64,000 nt of DNA from an uncultured Thermoleophilia bacterium (lineage in GTDB: Bacteria; Actinomycetota; Thermoleophilia; UBA2241): assembly GCA_963717965.1 (NCBI GenBank), contig CAVQXS010000004.1, forward strand, positions 81,118 through 145,117, written 5' to 3'. The notes under the pieces were generated by a model, which was not told the origin of the DNA, made no database searches, and saw only the letters and a program-made list of their open reading frames with translations. Below, in pieces: positions 60,310 to 64,000 of the stretch. Each line of letters starts with the position of its first letter. Positions within the stretch are counted from its first letter, which is position 1. The translations under genes were made by a program, and so were the position numbers.

Positions 60310-60558
60310 ATGGCCGGATGCCCGGGTCAGGATCGCAGCAGCTGGACGGCGGACGACATCTTCGAGGTGCCGTGCACCGGCTGTGGCAGGCCCATCGAGT
60401 TCTTCAAGGACGACGCACGCCGCTTCTGCCCCGAGTGCGGCGCCTGCACGCCCAACCCGAAGCAGGACGTCGGCTGCGCCGCCTGGTGTGCGGCCGCCGA
60501 CAAGTGCTCGGTTGGGCGCGAGTGGCTCCCGGACGACAAGCCGGCCGAGATGACCTGA
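60310..60558 (+). CDS. Small zinc-ribbon protein (CxxCG…CxxCG plus extra Cys)
   Basis: Strong GC3 bias. CTGCG…CPECG zinc-ribbon pattern. RBS weak. Confidence 0.5.
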   Translation: MAGCPGQDRSSWTADDIFEVPCTGCGRPIEFFKDDARRFCPECGACTPNPKQDVGCAAWCAAADKCSVGREWLPDDKPAEMT

Positions 60559-60646
60559 CGACGACGAAACGGGCCGGGGCGGCGCTGCAGCGCCACCCCG
60601 GCCCGTTCGCGTCCGGCCCCGGCCGGGCGCCGGTCCCTCGGCCGCC

Positions 60647-61568
60647 TCAGAGCTGCAGATACGAGTCCGCGTACAGCGTCTCGTTGGTGAGCATGCGGTA
60701 GGTCTTCCAGAGCGCGACCTGCTCCTGGTCGCCCATGTCGACCAGCGCCGGGTCGAGCTTGTCCATCGCCGCGACCGCGTCGTAGAGCGCCACGATGAGC
60801 TTGGCCAGCGGGGAGCTCTCGTCGCGCTGCTCGGCGATGCGGATCCACTCGTTCTGGACGTTGTCCAGCGGGTCGGCGATGGCGCTGTCGAGCCCCGCAC
60901 CCATCGACCATGACCATCATCACGCGGTTGATGAGCGGACGGACCTCGGGCAGCGCTCCGTTGGAGATGTTGGAGAGGCCGATCACCGTGGTCGGCGGCG
61001 GGTCGGCGATCATCTTGAACATGCGGACCGCCTCGACGGTCTCGATGGCCACGTCCTGGTTGCAGTTGACGGCGAGGACGAGCGGGTCGAGGAAGACGTC
61101 CTCGACGGGCACTCCGGCGGCCTCGGCGGCCGGCAGCAGCTGCTCCATGGCGATGCCGGCGCGGCCGTCGGCGGTCGTCGGGATGCCGTCCACGCCCATG
61201 GTGAGGGCGATGACCCTGGCGCCGTACTTCGCCGCCAGCTGCATGACGCTGTCGAGGCGGGCGGGGTCGGCGGAGGCGGAGTTGAGCATGGCGGGCCGCT
61301 TGCAGACCTTGAGGCCCGCCTCCATCGCCGCGAAGTTCGTCGTGTCGAGCGAAAGCGGCGTATCCGTCACGTCCTGCACCGCCTCGACGATCCAGGGCAT
61401 GACCTCGTGGCCGAGCTTCTTCTGGGGACCGATGTTCAGGTCGACGATACCGGCGCCGGCCTCGACCTGCCGCAGCGCCATGTCCTGGATGGCCTTCGCG
61501 TCGCGAGCCTCGATCGCCGCCTTCACCGGCGGCGCGATGATGTGGATGTTCTCACCGATGATGAGCAC
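60647..61568 (-). pseudogene. Pterin-binding methyltransferase (AcsE/MtrH-like methyl-H4folate:corrinoid methyltransferase), frameshifted near 60900
   Basis: GTG 61568 with GAAGGAGG RBS. N-terminal VLIIGENIH… and pterin-binding barrel motifs. C-terminal 85 aa (…LDSAIADPLD…) in another frame. Switch at a GGGG run. Confidence 0.7.
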
Positions 61569-62352
61569 CGGCGGCCTCCTTCTCTTCAGGTTGAACGAGC
61601 GTGGCGGCGACCACCGGCGCGAGCGCGGCATTCAGGGCGCTGTCGGCCGGCAGGTTCACCAGCGCCTTGCCGGCGGCGTCGTACTCCGCGACCAGCGGGT
61701 CGTCGGGCAGGGTGGTGAGCAGCTCGAGGCCGTTCGCGGCGATGGCCGCCTCGAGCTCCGGCGAGAGCCCGGAGGCGGCACGGTTGACGATCAGGTAGTG
61801 CCGCCCCACCTTGGTCTCGAGCTCGCCGAGCAGCGCGGCGATGCGCCCGGCGGTCGTGATGCCGCGCACCGTCGCGTCGCTGACGATGAAGAGCACGTCC
61901 ACGTCGCGGGTCGTGCGCCGCGAGAGGTGCTCGAGCCCGGCTTCGTTGTCGATCACCACCCACGGGTAGCTGTCGGCGATCGCGTCGATGATCGCGCGCA
62001 GCATGTTGTTGGCGGCGCAGTAGCAGCCCGGGCCTTCGGGACGGCCCATCGCGAGGAGGTCGACGTCGACGCCCTCGACGACGCTCGAGTTGATCTCGTA
62101 GTCGAGGAGGTCGCGCTTGGCGATGCCCGCCTCGAGGAGGTTGGCGCGCGCCTTCTCGCTGGTCTCCTCGCGCACGTCGCCGACGGTCTTCTCGAGCGGC
62201 AGGTCGAGCACCGTGTTGAGGTTGCTCGCCGGGTCGGCGTCGATGGCGAGGATCGGGCCGGCCTTGGCCTCCGCCAGCCGGCGGATGAGCAGGCCGGCCA
62301 GCGTCGTCTTGCCGGTCCCTCCCTTGCCGGCGACGGCGATGGTGGTGGTCAT
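61552..62352 (-). CDS. CooC/AcsF family P-loop ATPase (CO dehydrogenase / acetyl-CoA synthase nickel-insertion accessory protein)
   Basis: Walker A AGKGGTGKTT. Conserved CxC metal motif (GPGCYC). MinD/ParA fold. Confidence 0.85.
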   Translation of the reverse strand: MTTTIAVAGKGGTGKTTLAGLLIRRLAEAKAGPILAIDADPASNLNTVLDLPLEKTVGDVREETSEKARANLLEAGIAKRDLLDYEINSSVVEGVDVDLLAMGRPEGPGCYCAANNMLRAIIDAIADSYPWVVIDNEAGLEHLSRRTTRDVDVLFIVSDATVRGITTAGRIAALLGELETKVGRHYLIVNRAASGLSPELEAAIAANGLELLTTLPDDPLVAEYDAAGKALVNLPADSALNAALAPVVAATLVQPEEKEAAGAHHR

Positions 62353-62356
62353 GGGG

Positions 62357-63999
62357 TCAGCCTCCGTTTCCGTTCCCGACCTCTCTCGCGCGCGCGGCCA
62401 ACTCGTCGCGCACGCTCGGGAACCCGCTGAGGTCGGTGTGGGGCAGGAACAGCGCCGACGTGTACTCGTCCATGAACGTGTTGTCGGCGCTGAGCTCCAG
62501 ATAGGTCATCTTGCTCGCCACCTCGATCACCTCGTGGCGGATGTTGACGCAGAGCAGGGTGGCGAACGCCCCGAGGGCGCTCGTGTTGCCGAGGAAGTGG
62601 AAGCGCTCCACCGGCTGGTCGGGCAGCAACCCGATGCGGATCGCCTTCTCCACGTTGAGGTACTGGCCGAAGGCGCCGCCGATGAAGATCTGCTCCACGT
62701 CGGCGAGGTCGACGCCGACGCTGGCGCAGAGCACCTCGAAGCCGGCGTAGATGGCCGCCTTGGCGCGGAGCAGCCCGGTGATGTCGGACTCGGTCAGCGT
62801 GATGTCCTTCTCGGCGCCGTCCTGGCCGGCCCGGCAGACGACGTACTCGGGCACGCCGTCGAGTACGCGCACGCGGTCGGTCGGGGCGTCCCTGTGGATG
62901 TGCCCCGACTTGTCGACGATCCCGGTGATGAAGAGCTCGCCGAGGAGGTCGATGAGGCCGCTGCCGCAGATGCCCACGGGCGGGGCGTCGTCGATGGTGC
63001 GGAAGACCGGCTCGAAGGTGGCGTCGTCGATGTAGACGTCCTCGATGGCGCCCTCGGCGGCGCGCATACCGTGGCGCACGCCGCCGCCCTCGAAGGCGGG
63101 GCCGGCGGAACAGGCGCACGAGAGCAGCCAGTCCTTGTTGCCGAGCACCATCTCACCATTGGTGCCGATGTCGATGAACAGCGTGAGCTTCTCGGTGGCG
63201 TACATGCCCGACGAGATGACACCGGCGGTGATGTCGCCGCCGACGTAGCTGCCGACGGACGGCAGCACGTGGACGCGGGCGAGCATGTTGGCGTGCAGCC
63301 CGAGCTCGCCCGCGACCAGCTTCGGGGCCGCCGAGATGGTCGGGATGTACGGCTCCTCGCGCAGGAAGCGCGGCTCCAGGCCGAGGAGCAGGTGCGTCAT
63401 CGTCGTGTTGCCGGCGACGGCGATCTCGTGGATCTCGTAGAGCTCGATGCCGTTGCGCCGCTGCAGCTCCTCGAGCAGGTCGTTGATCGTCTCGACGGCG
63501 AGGTGCTGCAGCCGCTTGAGGCCGTTCTTGCGCTTCGCGTAGATGATGCGGCTGATCACGTCCTCGCCGCAGGCGATCTGCTTGTTGTAGGCGCTCGCCG
63601 AGTCGATCACTCGGCCCTCGTTGAAGTCGAGGAGGTAGGCCACGATGGACGTGGTCCCCAGGTCGACGGCGAGGCCCATGCTCGCGTGCTTGAAGGCCGC
63701 GGGGTAGATGCGGATCAAGCGCGGCGGCAGGTAGGTGCCGTACACCCAGTCGCGCATCTCGAGCGTGACGCTGACCTTCCAGTTGGACATGCGCAGGTCC
63801 TTGCCGAGCCGCTGGAGCATCGGCAGCTCGGCGCGCAGCTCCTCGATGCCGTGCTGCCGGGCGAGCGCCCGGCGAAGACGGTCGAAGTCGCTGGTGTTGT
63901 CGGCGAGCGACGGTGGGTTGATCTCGACGGTGAAGGTGCGCACCGCCGGGTTCTGCCGGTAGTCGCAGCTGATCGGCAGCGACTCCGGCTCGGCGATCG
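62357..63999 (-). CDS. ASKHA-domain corrinoid reductive activator (RACo-like, DUF4445), 5' end beyond window
   Basis: ASKHA ATPase motifs (LAVDLGTTSIVAYL…DIGTNGEM…GSGL). Frame stays open upstream of the first GTG to the window end. Confidence 0.8.
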   Translation of the reverse strand, partial: IAEPESLPISCDYRQNPAVRTFTVEINPPSLADNTSDFDRLRRALARQHGIEELRAELPMLQRLGKDLRMSNWKVSVTLEMRDWVYGTYLPPRLIRIYPAAFKHASMGLAVDLGTTSIVAYLLDFNEGRVIDSASAYNKQIACGEDVISRIIYAKRKNGLKRLQHLAVETINDLLEELQRRNGIELYEIHEIAVAGNTTMTHLLLGLEPRFLREEPYIPTISAAPKLVAGELGLHANMLARVHVLPSVGSYVGGDITAGVISSGMYATEKLTLFIDIGTNGEMVLGNKDWLLSCACSAGPAFEGGGVRHGMRAAEGAIEDVYIDDATFEPVFRTIDDAPPVGICGSGLIDLLGELFITGIVDKSGHIHRDAPTDRVRVLDGVPEYVVCRAGQDGAEKDITLTESDITGLLRAKAAIYAGFEVLCASVGVDLADVEQIFIGGAFGQYLNVEKAIRIGLLPDQPVERFHFLGNTSALGAFATLLCVNIRHEVIEVASKMTYLELSADNTFMDEYTSALFLPHTDLSGFPSVRDELAARAREVGNGNGG

Positions 64000-64000
64000 C

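Overview
The window is a high-GC (about 72%) bacterial chromosomal segment, probably from an actinobacterium-like lineage, with strong GGAGG-type ribosome-binding sites. Real genes lie on both strands; most of the long ORFs in the six-frame track are GC-driven artifacts in other frames or on the opposite strand of real genes, and I excluded them. No rRNA, tRNA, CRISPR array, integrase or transposase was found.

Content, in order:
- 472..4490: a signalling block (membrane GAF histidine kinase, single-domain response regulator, GAF-GGDEF diguanylate cyclase).
- 4605..11246: ornithine cyclodeaminase-like enzyme, MarR regulator plus FAD oxidoreductase, an ArfB–TauE–DUF1634 operon, an EamA transporter and an AlkA-like DNA glycosylase.
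- 11261..16854: a five-gene minus-strand acylation locus (SGNH hydrolase, polytopic membrane protein, nucleotidyltransferase-fold hypothetical, MBOAT acyltransferase, second SGNH hydrolase).
- 16975..24799: a K+ channel, a stress operon (YfcE/YjbQ/HdeD/YqhA), MBL hydrolase, SRPBCC protein, EEP nuclease/phosphatase, GNAT acetyltransferase and pirin.
- 24887..29449: a giant acyl-CoA-dehydratase-activase-like protein (two BadF/BcrA ATPase domains, HgdB-like region, DUF2229) interrupted by an in-frame TAG.
- 29537..47654: metallopeptidase, TetR, PRC-barrel protein, C1 cysteine peptidase, a HAD/PurM-like fusion, ACT protein, PHP-domain protein, PadR with a His/Gly-rich N-terminus and a palindromic operator, thrC, AI-2E transporter, two ornithine/DAP-decarboxylase-family (ODC) PLP enzymes, a QueG-like 4Fe-4S protein, USP, glpK and a hemerythrin-like protein.
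- 47791..58278: a redox/sulfur-trafficking neighbourhood (NfnAB/SudAB-like pair whose large subunit carries an N-terminal double zinc ribbon, TusA, DsrE, cysteine desulfurase, NifU fusion, rubrerythrin) and a pyruvate:ferredoxin oxidoreductase (POR) delta–beta fusion without alpha/gamma subunits.
- 58529..63999: a ParE/Phd toxin–antitoxin pair, and at the window edge part of an acetyl-CoA-pathway-like accessory cluster (AcsE/MtrH-like methyltransferase, CooC/AcsF ATPase, corrinoid-activator RACo-like protein).

Most notable non-genic signals:
- Six copies of the 8-bp palindrome (C/T)GGTACCG within 180 bp of a divergent promoter region (43480..43657).
- A low-GC (about 55%) 300-bp intergenic region with nested inverted repeats that looks like a structured RNA (60010..60309).
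- At least five genes appear disrupted by 1-nt frameshifts, mostly at G4/C4 homopolymers. This pattern is more consistent with assembly indel errors than with genuine pseudogenes.
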